Shown here: one piece after another, positions 18,658-29,430 of the stretch
Layout: each line of letters opens with the position of its first letter
Numbering within the stretch: position 1 is the stretch's first letter
NCBI GenBank assembly: GCA_031287245.1
Contig: JAITTD010000068.1
Location: 1 to 37,274 of the forward strand
DNA: 37,274 bases
Direction: 5' to 3'
DNA from: Bacteroidales bacterium
Lineage (GTDB): Bacteria; Bacteroidota; Bacteroidia; Bacteroidales; UBA4181
Made by a program: the position numbers and the translations under genes
The notes under the pieces: generated by a model
Told to the model about the DNA's origin: nothing
Database searches by the model: none
Seen by the model: only the letters and a program-made list of their open reading frames with translations

Positions 18658-18700
18658 AAATTACGCAAAATGCCGTAATTCGTAATTTTTAATTCGTAAT

Positions 18701-21700
18701 TCACAAAGAAGCCCCACAGCAGTTTTTGTATTTTTTCCCGCTACCGCAGGGGCAGGGGTCGTTGCGTCCCACCTTTTTCTCGGTTTTTACGATGGGTTGC
18801 GGCTTTTGCTTTTCGCGAGTGTCTCCCATTTCGGACGCGGACTGTTGTGATGAGCGGCGATTGTATTCGCTTTTATGCACCTGCATACGGCTCATGTCCA
18901 AACGGCGCGGCGCTTGTGCACGTTGCACCTCATTGGGGTCGCGAAGAGGAATGCTGCTTTTGAGCAAGAGCGACACCACATCACGATTGATTTTTTCCAT
19001 CATCGTTTTGAACAGTTCAAACGACTCGAATTTGTAAATCAACAGCGGGTCTTTCTGCTCATAACTGGCATTTTGCACTGACGTACGCAGGTCGTCCAAC
19101 TCGCGAAGATGCTCTTTCCAAGCCTCATCGATGGTGGCAAGAATAGCGCTTTTCTCAAACGAGCGCATCAACTCGCGTCCCTGCGTTTCGTATGATTTTT
19201 TCAGATTGGTGATAATCTGATACATACGACGTCCGTCTGTGAAGGGCACTACAATGTTTTCGTATTGATTACCCTGATTTTCAAACACATCCTTGATAAC
19301 CGGCAGCGCCTGTTGTGCATTGTGTTCACTCTTGCGCTGATAGCCTTGCAAAACTGTGTCATACACGCGCTCAATGGTTTCATTTACAGGCTCTTTCAGG
19401 AAAGTCTGCTCATCAAGGGGTAACTCTATGGAAAAGAGGCGAATCATTTCTATGCTCAAGCCCTCGTAATCCTGATTTTCGTGAAATTCATTTACCAAAC
19501 TCTCGATGTCATCGTACATCATGTTGGCAATGTCAATAGTGAGGCGTTCGCCGTAAAGGGCATGGCGGCGTTTGGTGTATATTACCTCGCGCTGCGAGTT
19601 CATTACATCATCATATTCCAGCAAACGCTTGCGAATACCAAAATTATTTTCTTCGACCTTGCGCTGCGCCCGCTCTATGGAACGGGTAATCATTGAATGT
19701 TGGATTACTTCGCCTTCTTTCAATCCGAGCCTGTCCATCATGCTTGCTATACGGTCGGAACCGAAGAGGCGCATCAAGTCGTCTTCCAGCGACACGAAAA
19801 ACTGCGAACTTCCCGGGTCGCCCTGTCGTCCGGCACGACCGCGTAGCTGCCTGTCCACGCGGCGCGATTCGTGGCGTTCCGTACCTACAATGGCTAAACC
19901 GCCCGCCGCCCGCACTTCGGGCGACAGTTTGATGTCGGTACCACGTCCCGCCATATTGGTGGCGATGGTGACAGTGCCCGATTGTCCGGCTTCGGCTACA
20001 ATGTCGGCTTCGCGCTGGTGCAATTTCGCATTCAGCACATTGTGCTTGATCTTGCGGAGGTTGAGCATCTTGCTCAGCAATTCCGATATTTCTACCGATG
20101 TGGTACCCACCAGCACAGGGCGTCCGTTGTTGACCAAATTAACGATTTCGTCAATCACTGCGTTGTATTTTTCACGTTTGGTCTTATACACCAAGTCCTC
20201 GTGGTCGGTGCGGGTAATCGGTTTGTTGGTCGGAATCACCACTACGTCCAATTTGTAGATATTCCACAACTCGCCTGCTTCCGTTTCTGCCGTACCGGTC
20301 ATACCTGCAAGTTTGTGGTACATACGGAAATAATTCTGCAACGTGATGGTAGCGAATGTTTGTGTGGCGGCTTCCACCTTTACACTTTCTTTTGCTTCGA
20401 TAGCCTGATGCAGTCCGTCGGAATAGCGACGTCCTTCCATGATACGTCCTGTCTGCTCGTCAACGATTTTCACCTTGTTGTCAATCACCACATATTCATC
20501 GTCTTTCTCGAACAGCGTGTAGGCTTTCAACAATTGATTGACTGTATGCACCCGTTCAGACTTGATGGCATAATCCTGTAACAAAGCGTCCTTCTGTTGG
20601 ATTTTGGCTTCTGGCGAAAGATTTTGTTTTTCAAGTTCCGAAATAGAAGTTCCTATGTCTGGAAGAATGAAGAAATTAGGGTCTTCCGTGCGGCGCGTCA
20701 AAATTTCGATGCCTTTGTCGGTCAATTCTATACTGTTGTGTTTTTCGTCAATAACAAAGAACAATTCATCGGTAACGATGTGCATATTCTTGTTATTGTC
20801 CTGCATATAAAAATTTTCGGTTTTCTGCAATAACAACTTGTGTCCCTGTTCACTCAGCAATTTGATAAGGGGCTTGTTCTTGGGCAATCCCTTGTGCGCC
20901 CGCAGTAGCAGCAATCCGCCTTTGTCGCGTTCCTTACTGTCTTCGCTATCAACGAGGGTCTTACATTCAGCCAATATCTGTGTTACCAAGCGGCGTTGCT
21001 CGTTGAAAAGTTGTTCCACTCGCGCTTTGTACTCGTCGAACAGTTGATTATCGCCTTTTGGCACGGGTCCTGCGATGATGAGAGGTGTTCGGGCATCGTC
21101 AATCAAGACGGAATCCACCTCATCCACGATGGAGTAGTGGTGTTTTCGCTGCACGAGGTCTTCGGGACTAATTGCCATATTATCGCGCAAATAGTCGAAA
21201 CCGAACTCGTTGTTGGTGCCGAAAGTGATGTCGGAATTGTAGGCAGCGCGGCGTTCGGGCGAGTTGGGTTGATGCTTGTCAATGCAATCCACCGACAAAC
21301 CGTGGAACTCGTAGAGCGGTCCCATCCACTCGGAGTCGCGCTTGGAAAGGTAATCATTCACCGTCACCACGTGTACGCCCAGTCCTGCCAAAGCGTTCAG
21401 AAAAACGGGCAGCGTTGCCACCAATGTTTTTCCTTCTCCGGTCGCCATCTCGGCGATTTTTCCCTGATGCAGCACCACGCCGCCAATCAACTGCACATCG
21501 TAATGCACCATATCCCACACGATTTCGTTGCCGCCGGCCACCCATCGGTTGAGCCATATCGCTTTGTCGCCGGCTATCATCACGTTGTGCTTGTGCACCG
21601 CCAATGCGCGGTCAAAGTCGGTGGCTGTCACCTCGATGCGCTCGTTTTCCTTGAAACGCCGTGCTGTTTCCTTCATAATGGAAAAGGCAACAGGGAGAAT

Positions 21701-22021
21701 CTCGTTCAACGTCTTTTCAACATCATCCACCATCAATTTCTCTATTCGGTCGATTTCCTTGTAGCATTTTTCCACCTCATCCACAGAGGCGTTAACGTCC
21801 TCCGCCTTGACTTTCAGGTCGGCGATTTTAATTTGCTCGTCGCGTATGGCGTCCTGTATCTGTTTCCGCATCTGCGCGGTTTCTTCCCTCAACTGGTCAT
21901 TGGACAAACCGGCAACGCGCTCGTACGCAGTCTTTATCCTGTCCACATAAGGACGGATTTCCTTCATGTCTTTCTGGGCTTTATTGCCAAACAGCGAGGA
22001 TAAAAAAGAATTTACACTCAT
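18701..22021 (-). CDS. secA: Preprotein translocase ATPase SecA
   Basis: 1106 aa with the SecA DEAD motor motifs ([37 protein letters not shown]) and a C-terminal zinc motif ([14 protein letters not shown]). Confidence 0.97.
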   Translation of the reverse strand: MSVNSFLSSLFGNKAQKDMKEIRPYVDRIKTAYERVAGLSNDQLREETAQMRKQIQDAIRDEQIKIADLKVKAEDVNASVDEVEKCYKEIDRIEKLMVDDVEKTLNEILPVAFSIMKETARRFKENERIEVTATDFDRALAVHKHNVMIAGDKAIWLNRWVAGGNEIVWDMVHYDVQLIGGVVLHQGKIAEMATGEGKTLVATLPVFLNALAGLGVHVVTVNDYLSKRDSEWMGPLYEFHGLSVDCIDKHQPNSPERRAAYNSDITFGTNNEFGFDYLRDNMAISPEDLVQRKHHYSIVDEVDSVLIDDARTPLIIAGPVPKGDNQLFDEYKARVEQLFNEQRRLVTQILAECKTLVDSEDSKERDKGGLLLLRAHKGLPKNKPLIKLLSEQGHKLLLQKTENFYMQDNNKNMHIVTDELFFVIDEKHNSIELTDKGIEILTRRTEDPNFFILPDIGTSISELEKQNLSPEAKIQQKDALLQDYAIKSERVHTVNQLLKAYTLFEKDDEYVVIDNKVKIVDEQTGRIMEGRRYSDGLHQAIEAKESVKVEAATQTFATITLQNYFRMYHKLAGMTGTAETEAGELWNIYKLDVVVIPTNKPITRTDHEDLVYKTKREKYNAVIDEIVNLVNNGRPVLVGTTSVEISELLSKMLNLRKIKHNVLNAKLHQREADIVAEAGQSGTVTIATNMAGRGTDIKLSPEVRAAGGLAIVGTERHESRRVDRQLRGRAGRQGDPGSSQFFVSLEDDLMRLFGSDRIASMMDRLGLKEGEVIQHSMITRSIERAQRKVEENNFGIRKRLLEYDDVMNSQREVIYTKRRHALYGERLTIDIANMMYDDIESLVNEFHENQDYEGLSIEMIRLFSIELPLDEQTFLKEPVNETIERVYDTVLQGYQRKSEHNAQQALPVIKDVFENQGNQYENIVVPFTDGRRMYQIITNLKKSYETQGRELMRSFEKSAILATIDEAWKEHLRELDDLRTSVQNASYEQKDPLLIYKFESFELFKTMMEKINRDVVSLLLKSSIPLRDPNEVQRAQAPRRLDMSRMQVHKSEYNRRSSQQSASEMGDTREKQKPQPIVKTEKKVGRNDPCPCGSGKKYKNCCGASL

Positions 22022-22105
22022 TTATATTTTGGATAAATATTGTCTTGATTAAAACTGCAAAATTACGATAATTTTTGGAATTAAGAATATAAGAAGAATA
22101 TTTCG

Positions 22106-22113
22106 TACCTTTG
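22106..22113 (+). promoter_or_regulatory. -7 promoter box TACCTTTG for prfC
   Basis: TAnnTTTG consensus 22 nt upstream of the ATG at 22136. Confidence 0.5.
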
Positions 22114-22135
22114 TCGCCAAAATAGATGTGATTGA

Positions 22136-23716
22136 TTGATGGATTTTAAACAGGAAATAGAGCGGCGGCGCACGTTTGCCGTCATTGCGCACCCCGATGC
22201 GGGGAAAACTACATTGACAGAAAAATTGCTCTTGTTTGGCGGGGCTATCCATGTGGCAGGCGCCGTGAAATCGAACAAAATCAGGAAGACAGCCACTTCT
22301 GACTTTATGGAAATTGAGAAACAGCGCGGCATATCGGTGGCTACCTCGGTGATGGGCTTTGAATACCGCGACACCAAAATCAATATACTTGACACACCCG
22401 GGCATCAGGATTTTGCCGAAGATACTTACCGCACGCTTACCGCTGTGGACAGCGTGATCGTGGTCATTGACGCCGCCAAAGGCGTGGAGCCGCAGACGCT
22501 CAAACTGATGGATGTGTGCCGTATGCGCCAAACGCCGGTCATCGTGTTTGTCAATAAGTTAGACCGCGAAGGGCAAGATCCTTTCGATTTGATGGATGAA
22601 CTGGAACAGCAACTGAGGGTGCAGGTTTGCCCTATGACGTGGCCAGTGAGCAGTGGCGCTACCTTCAAAGGCGTGTATAATCTGTATGAAAAGAATCTCA
22701 ATCTCTTTGTTTCCGACGAAAAACAGACCATTGCCGAGTCTGTTAATATCAGCGACCTGCACAACAAGGAATTGGACGAGCATATTGGCAAATTTGCCGA
22801 TAAACTGCGAGAGGACATCGAACTTGTCAGTGGAATCTATCCTGTGCCCGACATACCGGCATACCGCGCCGGAAAACTCGCGCCTGTGTTCTTCGGCAGT
22901 GCGCTGAACAATTTTGGCGTGCGCGAATTGTTGGATTGTTTTGTGGATATTGCGCCCACCCCGAAGACTTTTGAAACAGAAGAACGCACCATCCATCCGC
23001 AAGAGTTGAAACTGAGCGGGTTTATCTTCAAAATTCATGCCAACATGGACCCCAACCATCGCGACAGGATTGCGTTTCTGCGCGTTTGTTCGGGCGAGTT
23101 CCGTCGCAACACCAATTATCTGCACGTCAGGTTGGGGAAAAGCCTTAAATTCGCCAATCCCACAGCATTCATGGCAGACAAAAAGTCGGTGCTGGACGAA
23201 GCCTATCCGGGCGACATTGTGGGCATCTACGACACCGGCAATTTCAAAATAGGCGACACGCTGACCGAAGGCGAGACAATACATTTCAAAGGAATTCCGA
23301 GTTTTTCGCCGGAACTGTTCCGCTATGTGGAGAATGCCGACCCTATCCGCTACAAACAGTTGGCAAAGGGATTGGAACAACTGACAGACGAAGGGGTGGC
23401 GCAACTGTTCGTCAATCAGGCAAACGGACGTAAAATCATCGGGACGGTGGGCGCATTGCAATTTGACGTGATTCAATATCGCTTGGAGCACGAATACGGC
23501 GCTTCATGCACCTATCAGCCGATGCACCTCTACAAAGCCTGTTGGATAGAAGGAGATGACAAAGCCGAAATGGACGATTTCAAACGCCGCAAATGGCAGT
23601 TTATGGCATTGGACAAGGAAGGGCGCGATGTCTTTCTGGCTGAGTCGCAGTATGCTTTGAGCAATTCGCAGGAGAAATTTCCCAACATACGGTTTCATTT
23701 TACATCGGAATTTTAA
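22136..23716 (+). CDS. prfC: Peptide chain release factor 3 (GTPase)
   Basis: 526 aa with [36 protein letters not shown] and NKLD G-motifs. Confidence 0.95.
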   Translation: MMDFKQEIERRRTFAVIAHPDAGKTTLTEKLLLFGGAIHVAGAVKSNKIRKTATSDFMEIEKQRGISVATSVMGFEYRDTKINILDTPGHQDFAEDTYRTLTAVDSVIVVIDAAKGVEPQTLKLMDVCRMRQTPVIVFVNKLDREGQDPFDLMDELEQQLRVQVCPMTWPVSSGATFKGVYNLYEKNLNLFVSDEKQTIAESVNISDLHNKELDEHIGKFADKLREDIELVSGIYPVPDIPAYRAGKLAPVFFGSALNNFGVRELLDCFVDIAPTPKTFETEERTIHPQELKLSGFIFKIHANMDPNHRDRIAFLRVCSGEFRRNTNYLHVRLGKSLKFANPTAFMADKKSVLDEAYPGDIVGIYDTGNFKIGDTLTEGETIHFKGIPSFSPELFRYVENADPIRYKQLAKGLEQLTDEGVAQLFVNQANGRKIIGTVGALQFDVIQYRLEHEYGASCTYQPMHLYKACWIEGDDKAEMDDFKRRKWQFMALDKEGRDVFLAESQYALSNSQEKFPNIRFHFTSEF

Positions 23717-23721
23717 ACCAA

Positions 23722-24906
23722 GTGAAAATAGCGGTTGGTTTATCGGGAGGCGTCGATTCGAGCGTAGCAGCATGGCTTTTGAAGCAGCAGGGGCATGATG
23801 TGACAGGCTTGTTCATGGTGAACTGGCACGACACGGAAGGTACGCTGTCAGGCGATTGTCCATGGCACGACGATGTGATCTTTGCGCAATTGGTAGCCCG
23901 CAAATTGGACATCCCTTTTGAGGTAGTAGACCTCAGCAGTTCCTACCGCCAGCGGGTGGTGGACTATATGTTTGAGGAATACCGTTGCGGACGGACGCCC
24001 AATCCCGATGTGCTTTGCAACCGCGAAATCAAGTTTGATGAATTTGCCAAAGCCGCCTTTGCCACCGGAGCACAATATGTGGCTACGGGACATTACTGCC
24101 GCAAGGAAACCATGGATATTGACGGCGTGGAAACCTGCCGTTTGCTGGCAGGCAGCGACCCGGGCAAAGACCAGAGTTATTTTCTCTGTCAATTATCGCA
24201 AAAGCAACTATCAACGGCGCTCTTTCCTGTCGGGCATCTGATGAAGTCTGAAGTGCGCCGCATAGCGGAGGAGAATGGCTTGGTCACCGCCCGCCGAAAA
24301 GATTCGCAAGGGATATGTTTTGTCGGAAAAGTGGATTTGCCAATATTTTTGCAACAGCAACTCAAAGCCAAAGAAGGCGACATCATTGAAATACCGGCTG
24401 ATTTTGGCGGTTTTACGCTCAACATACCGGAAAACCAGCCACTACTTGAGAGATTGAAACTACTTGCCGCACCCTATACCTACAATGTGGCGGATGGGCG
24501 AATTGTGGGAAAACACAACGGCGCGCATTTTTTTACCATCGGACAGCGAAAGGGCATGAATGTGGGCGGTATGAAGGAGCCGCTTTTCGTCATCGGCACG
24601 GATGTGGCGCGAAACATCATCTACACCGGACAAAGCGACCGGCATCCGGGACTGTATCACCGGGCGCTTCGTGTGGCTGCGGCAGATATTCACCGCATAC
24701 GTCCGGATGAGGAGATACAGATGGGCACAGAACGCCGGATGCTGGTTCGTGTGCGCTATCGACAACCGCTGCAGCAGGCAACGCTCTACCGGCAGCCCGA
24801 CGGAATGTACATCCTGTTCGATGAGCCGCAACGAGGCATCACACCCGGACAGTTTGCCGCATGGTACAATGGCGACGAACTGATTGGGTCAGGGGTAATT
24901 GCATAA
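23722..24906 (+). CDS. mnmA: tRNA 2-thiouridine(34) synthase MnmA
   Basis: GTG start 6 nt after the prfC stop. PP-loop motif GLSGGVDSSV, and the CNREIKF and DQSYFL motifs. Confidence 0.92.
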   Translation: MKIAVGLSGGVDSSVAAWLLKQQGHDVTGLFMVNWHDTEGTLSGDCPWHDDVIFAQLVARKLDIPFEVVDLSSSYRQRVVDYMFEEYRCGRTPNPDVLCNREIKFDEFAKAAFATGAQYVATGHYCRKETMDIDGVETCRLLAGSDPGKDQSYFLCQLSQKQLSTALFPVGHLMKSEVRRIAEENGLVTARRKDSQGICFVGKVDLPIFLQQQLKAKEGDIIEIPADFGGFTLNIPENQPLLERLKLLAAPYTYNVADGRIVGKHNGAHFFTIGQRKGMNVGGMKEPLFVIGTDVARNIIYTGQSDRHPGLYHRALRVAAADIHRIRPDEEIQMGTERRMLVRVRYRQPLQQATLYRQPDGMYILFDEPQRGITPGQFAAWYNGDELIGSGVIA

Positions 24907-24908
24907 TA

Positions 24909-25000
24909 GGTTCGGAGTGTTACCGTACTCCGGTTCGGAGTGTTACCGTACTCCAGTCTGGTGTGTTACCGTACACCGGTTCGGTGTGTTATCGTACTCC
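24909..25000. repeat. 4 tandem 23 bp units (GGTTCGGAGTGTTACCGTACTCC), each with an internal hairpin
   Basis: Units are at 24909, 24932, 24955 and 24978. The array starts 3 nt after the mnmA stop. The last unit supplies the final codons and stop of the convergent GH30 gene. Confidence 0.9.
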
Positions 25001-26413
25001 AATAACAAACGTATTCACCGAATTGGCTTTCAGCGTCGGCTGAATCATTTGCTTGTTCAGTCTGATTTTCAGCGGTTGGTCTTCGTTCTCGAAATTGCCG
25101 GCTGTTATCACAATGCTGCCGTCGGGGTTGCGGAACGCCAGCAGATGCTCGTATCCTGATGTTTCTAACCGGTAGGCGCCGGGCTGGATATAGTGGCTGT
25201 AATGTTTCAGCACATAGTATTCGGGCGTGAAAACGTAGGTGTTGGATGTGGTATCCACCACTACCAATGAGTTTTGCGCCCATCCCCACCGGCTGACACC
25301 GCCTTTTGCCAGAGAAATGTTCCAGTAATCATAAACGCTTGCTCCGTTGGACAGATAGTGTTCCATCAGTTGCCACGAATAGGCAGCGCCTTTCCAATCG
25401 TTCCGTCCGTTGCCACATTCCTGCTCGGTTTGGTACAGTTTCATATCCGGGTAGCGCTGGTGAATGTCCTTGATGGCATCCTTGCCTGCCCACTGAAACC
25501 CGACGCTCGTCACGTATTTTTTGGCGTTTACATCGGTCAGAACGGTATCCACCAATTTGCCGTCCGGTCGTTCCATCGTACCAAACATCAGTTGCACCCC
25601 GCGCTTTTCCATTTCGGGACCCAGATACTGTCCTACAAATTTTGCCAATGCACCGGCAGTCCACGTGCAACTGGGGAAATTCTGGCAGGAATTAAACTCG
25701 TTTTGAGGTGCCACCATAGTTATTTGGATGTCTTTTTTGGCATACTCGTCAATAAATTTCCCGAAATACAGCGCGTAAGCCTGCATATATTCGTCTTTTT
25801 GGATGAACATATTGCTGCCTTCCCGTTCTACGGGAGGTCCTTTCAAATCGTTCACATTCGCATCGGCGCGACAGGCATAGTGATTGTTGTCTTTCAACCA
25901 CGATGGCGGCGACCAGGGAGAAGCCCACAATACCACGTCGGGATTGTATTTTTTGGCTTGAAGGATAAAGGGTATCAAGGTTTTTTCATCGTTGGCGATG
26001 CTGAAATGTTCCATTGCCAAATCGCCTGCCGTTTCGTTGTAGGAATACCAGTTGAGCGAAAAGTCATTGGCGCCCACCGGCATACGGCAAACGGTGAAAT
26101 TGGCGCCCTTGCCGGGGGAAAACAATTCTTCCATCACTTGGTTCCTGTCCGTTTCGGAAAGAAACGACAGGGACGACCATCCCAACTCATTGAAACAGGC
26201 GCCGAATCCGCTAATGGTCTGCAACTGCTTTTCGGGGAACACATCGGCGTCTGCCTCTACCGCCGCGGTTTCCAACACTAATACCGGCTGACTTGCCCAC
26301 GCTTCGCTGGCTGTGGTTGCCACCCATTCTGCTTTTTTGCTTTCGCCGCAGGCGCTCATCATTAATACGGCACACAGCAGCAGTGAAAAATATCCTTTCA
26401 TCTTGGTTTTCAT
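24989..26413 (-). CDS. Glycoside hydrolase family 30 (glucosylceramidase-like) lipoprotein
   Basis: 474 aa with a lipoprotein signal (LLLCAVLMMSAC), FGACFNELGW and WASPWSPPSWLK, typical of GH30. Confidence 0.85.
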   Translation of the reverse strand: MKTKMKGYFSLLLCAVLMMSACGESKKAEWVATTASEAWASQPVLVLETAAVEADADVFPEKQLQTISGFGACFNELGWSSLSFLSETDRNQVMEELFSPGKGANFTVCRMPVGANDFSLNWYSYNETAGDLAMEHFSIANDEKTLIPFILQAKKYNPDVVLWASPWSPPSWLKDNNHYACRADANVNDLKGPPVEREGSNMFIQKDEYMQAYALYFGKFIDEYAKKDIQITMVAPQNEFNSCQNFPSCTWTAGALAKFVGQYLGPEMEKRGVQLMFGTMERPDGKLVDTVLTDVNAKKYVTSVGFQWAGKDAIKDIHQRYPDMKLYQTEQECGNGRNDWKGAAYSWQLMEHYLSNGASVYDYWNISLAKGGVSRWGWAQNSLVVVDTTSNTYVFTPEYYVLKHYSHYIQPGAYRLETSGYEHLLAFRNPDGSIVITAGNFENEDQPLKIRLNKQMIQPTLKANSVNTFVIGVR

Positions 26414-26472
26414 TGAAAAATTAGGTGCAAAAATACATGATATTTTGAAATAAACGATGCGATGATAAAAAA

Positions 26473-29184
26473 TTACCGCTCTCTTACATCTGTCACATTG
26501 ATATTTCCGTGCAGACGGATATCCTTACATGAAGCCCCTATCATGAAACGAAATTCGCCCGGTTCCACCACCCACTTCATTTCCTGATTGAGCAGTTTCA
26601 GCATTTCGGGTGTTATCTCGAATGTCACCTCTTTCACCTCGCCGGGTTGAAGGTGGATCTTTTGGAAGCCTTTGAGTTGGGTAACGGGCTGAGAAACCGA
26701 TGCGATCACGTCTTTCATGTAAAGTTGCACGACTTCGGCGCCTTCCGCTTTGCCGCTGTTGCGAACTTTACAACGAACTTTGGTTGAGCCGTTCACCGCT
26801 ATTTCTTTCCTGTCGAATTGAAGATCCGAATACTCGAAAGTGGTATAACTCAATCCGTAACCGAAGGGGAACAGAGGTTGCCCGCTCAGGTTGTTGTAAT
26901 CGTCAATGCGTCCGGTGGGTTTGTGGTTATATACGAGCGGGAGTTGCCCTTCGTGCAGGGGGAACGTGAGAGGCAACTTGCCCGATGGCGCGTATTTTCC
27001 GGTGAGCACTTCGGCAACCGCGTGTCCGCCTTCGTCGCCCGGATACCAGATGTTCATGATGGCATCCACTTTGTCTATCCAGCCGTCCATGGTTACTGCA
27101 CTGCCGCCGACAATCAGCACCACTACCGGTTTCCCGGTGGCTGCCACTGCGTTAATCATCTCAATCTGTTTGCCTTGAAGCGAAAGTTTGGCACGGTCGC
27201 TGGCTTCCCCTTCGCGGATGCCGACTGTAATCACCGCCACGTCCGAAGCCTTTGCTGCCGCTACCGCATCGGCAATGTCTTTCTTCCACGAGTTGTCCAC
27301 GCCAGCATTCCACACGAGTTGAAAACGAGCATTGCCCGCCGGTTCAAAATATTCTACCTTGATGTCGTATTCTTTGTTCTTTTCCCAGTTGAACGCAGCG
27401 GTGTGGGTTCCGAACGACACCTTGCGCCAGTTGTCCACCAGCAGTTTTCCGTTGATATACAAGCGGTAGCCGTCGTTGGCGGTGATGCCTATGTTGTATT
27501 TTCCGGAAACGGGGGATTTAATCTTACCCGTCCAAACGATGGAAAAGTTATCGAATGGGATTTTCGACGGGTCGGGTGAATATAGCGCCCATCCAAATTC
27601 CATGCTCTCGTCCACCCGCGTCATGACGGGCTTTCCTGCGAAAAACGCATTATCGTAATATTCGCCTTTCAAGCCCTGTTTCACAGCATTGCCGACATTA
27701 CAGGACAATGCTGACGCCGGGACGTTGATATAGCCTTCCTCCGGCAGTCCCAAGCCTCCCGCAGGGGCAATCGCCACGCCTTGTGTGTGGTTAATTTTCA
27801 CCGAATTGCCCAGCAAGGCTTTCATGCCTTCGAGTATCGTCACCGAATTGGCGCCCGGACCGGCGTAACCGCCCAGAAGAGGTGTATTGATTCCGCGACC
27901 GATCAGGGCTATTGATTTTACATTGTTCAAAGGAAGAACGTTATGGTCGTTTTTGAGCAGTACGAAGGTTTCGCGAGCCATCCGGCGTGCTACTTCACGA
28001 TGTTCGGGTGTATTGGTCAGGGCTTCCGCTTTGTTGACGTCGATATACGGTTCCTCAAACAGTCCCAATTCGAACTTTGCCCTGAGCACCCTTTCAACAG
28101 CCTCGTCCAAGCGCTTGGGGTCTATCCATCCTTCGTCAAACGCTTTCTTGAAAAGGGGGGTGTGCTCGTAGCCGCCCTGAAAAATGACGTCCAACCCGCC
28201 TTCCATCGCTATTTTTGCAGAGCCGGCGTAATCCGTCGAGGTCATGTGCAGGTCGTTGCTTCCGCCCAGCGCGCAGGCATCGGTAATAATGAATCCGCGG
28301 AATCCGACTTCTTCTTTCAGCCATTGGCGCAGCAGCCAATCGTTTGCCGAGCACATTGTTCCGTCAAGCGTGTTGTAAGCGGTCATCACCGAGCGGGATC
28401 CGCCTTCCTCAAAACAGGCTTTGAAAGCAGGAAGATAATACTCCCTCAACTGGCGTTCGTTGAAATAGATCGGGTAACTGTCGCGTCCGCCGTCGCCTGC
28501 ATTAGCAACGAAGTGCTTTGGGGTGGTGATGACGCCTGCTTTTTCAAATTCCGACACAAAAGCCACGCCCATCCTGGACGACAGCAAGGGATCTTCGCCG
28601 TATGTTTCTTCGGTGCGCCCCCAGCGAGGGTCGTTGGCAAGGTTGACCACCGGCGAAAGAATGTCGCGTACGCCGCGTGCTTTGGTTTCCACCGCAATGG
28701 CGGCAGATACTTCGTGCATCAGGTCGGGATTCCAGGAGGCAGCCATGGCGATGGATTGCGGAAAAACGACCGCGCCGCGGCTGCAAAGCCCGTGAAGCGC
28801 CTCGTGGAACACGATAATTGGGATGCCGAGCCGCGTTTCCTCCACAAAATATTTCTGCATCTCGTTGACCTTTTTCGCCATCTCGTAAGCGTTACTTTCG
28901 TTGCTGTAACGCAGGAGTTGTCCTGTGGCGCCATCACCGGCAGCAGCATCGGTCTGCAATCCGAAGATGCCGTCTTTATAACGCTCTTTCCCCTGGCTCA
29001 AATCGCCGGGAATCATAAACACTTGCCAGAATTTTTCATCGGGCGTCATTCGCGACAGGAGGTCTTTCACCCTTACCTCAATGGGTTGCGACGCGTCTTT
29101 GTAAGGCGGCGTACTGTTATCGGCACGTGCGCCCGCAACGGTGAGGGCAAGCGCAAAAAAAACGGCTTTCAATTTGATTTTCAT
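26473..29184 (-). CDS. Glycoside hydrolase family 3 beta-glucosidase with an inserted PA14-like domain
   Basis: 903 aa with a signal peptide, GH3 motifs (SPVVNLANDPRWGRTEETYGEDP, GFIITDA) and a PA14-like segment (GLKGEYYDN...GYRLYINGKLLVDNW). Confidence 0.9.
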   Translation of the reverse strand: MKIKLKAVFFALALTVAGARADNSTPPYKDASQPIEVRVKDLLSRMTPDEKFWQVFMIPGDLSQGKERYKDGIFGLQTDAAAGDGATGQLLRYSNESNAYEMAKKVNEMQKYFVEETRLGIPIIVFHEALHGLCSRGAVVFPQSIAMAASWNPDLMHEVSAAIAVETKARGVRDILSPVVNLANDPRWGRTEETYGEDPLLSSRMGVAFVSEFEKAGVITTPKHFVANAGDGGRDSYPIYFNERQLREYYLPAFKACFEEGGSRSVMTAYNTLDGTMCSANDWLLRQWLKEEVGFRGFIITDACALGGSNDLHMTSTDYAGSAKIAMEGGLDVIFQGGYEHTPLFKKAFDEGWIDPKRLDEAVERVLRAKFELGLFEEPYIDVNKAEALTNTPEHREVARRMARETFVLLKNDHNVLPLNNVKSIALIGRGINTPLLGGYAGPGANSVTILEGMKALLGNSVKINHTQGVAIAPAGGLGLPEEGYINVPASALSCNVGNAVKQGLKGEYYDNAFFAGKPVMTRVDESMEFGWALYSPDPSKIPFDNFSIVWTGKIKSPVSGKYNIGITANDGYRLYINGKLLVDNWRKVSFGTHTAAFNWEKNKEYDIKVEYFEPAGNARFQLVWNAGVDNSWKKDIADAVAAAKASDVAVITVGIREGEASDRAKLSLQGKQIEMINAVAATGKPVVVLIVGGSAVTMDGWIDKVDAIMNIWYPGDEGGHAVAEVLTGKYAPSGKLPLTFPLHEGQLPLVYNHKPTGRIDDYNNLSGQPLFPFGYGLSYTTFEYSDLQFDRKEIAVNGSTKVRCKVRNSGKAEGAEVVQLYMKDVIASVSQPVTQLKGFQKIHLQPGEVKEVTFEITPEMLKLLNQEMKWVVEPGEFRFMIGASCKDIRLHGNINVTDVRER

Positions 29185-29187
29185 GGT

Positions 29188-29286
29188 AATTCTATTGTGA
29201 TTCTATTATGATTCGTGGTGATTCTATTGTGATACATTGTGAAACGGTTGTATTTCATTGTCCATTGTCACCTGTCCATTGTCCAC
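29188..29286 (-). repeat. Inverted-orientation composite: GAATCAC-type 11 bp units (29188-29241) plus a GACAATGGACAATGAAATACAAC core (29243-29286), lying between the GH3 start codon and its putative promoter
   Basis: Its reverse complement reads gtggacaatggacaggtgacaatggacaatgaaatacaaccgtttcacaatgtatcacaatagaatcaccacgaatcataatagaatcacaatagaat. It matches the composite at 33678-33732. Confidence 0.85.
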
Positions 29287-29378
29287 ATACAAGTAATCTT
29301 CACTGCGCAACTTTTCAAACGACTGTATCCCTATCGGTAATTTTGGCATGACTTCCCAATATTATATTATATTGATGG

Positions 29379-29430
29379 GGACAAAAGTAGATGAAAGTTT
29401 TCAAATATCCAAGCGCGTGACATGAAAAAC
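29379..29430 (-). promoter_or_regulatory. Promoter-bearing ~50 bp repeat, copy 3 (-7 box TACTTTTG on the minus strand at 29382-29389), facing the GH3 gene. It overlaps the last ~9 codons and stop of the RND gene.
   Basis: See copies at 139-190 and 10461-10511. The RND C-terminus VFHVTRLDI* is encoded by the repeat. Confidence 0.6.

Noticed and set aside
18661-18700. AT-rich hairpin (AATTACG-N8-CGTAATT) and the CGTAATTCGTAATTTTT string between gcvT and secA, the latter also present at 34310-34326
   Set aside because: The stem is only 7 bp and AT-rich, and the shared string is 17 bp. This is too short to call a terminator or repeat family with confidence.
22136-23716. Programmed frameshift or recoding in the release-factor gene
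   Set aside because: This is prfC (RF3 GTPase) with a single uninterrupted frame. The known +1 frameshift applies to prfB.
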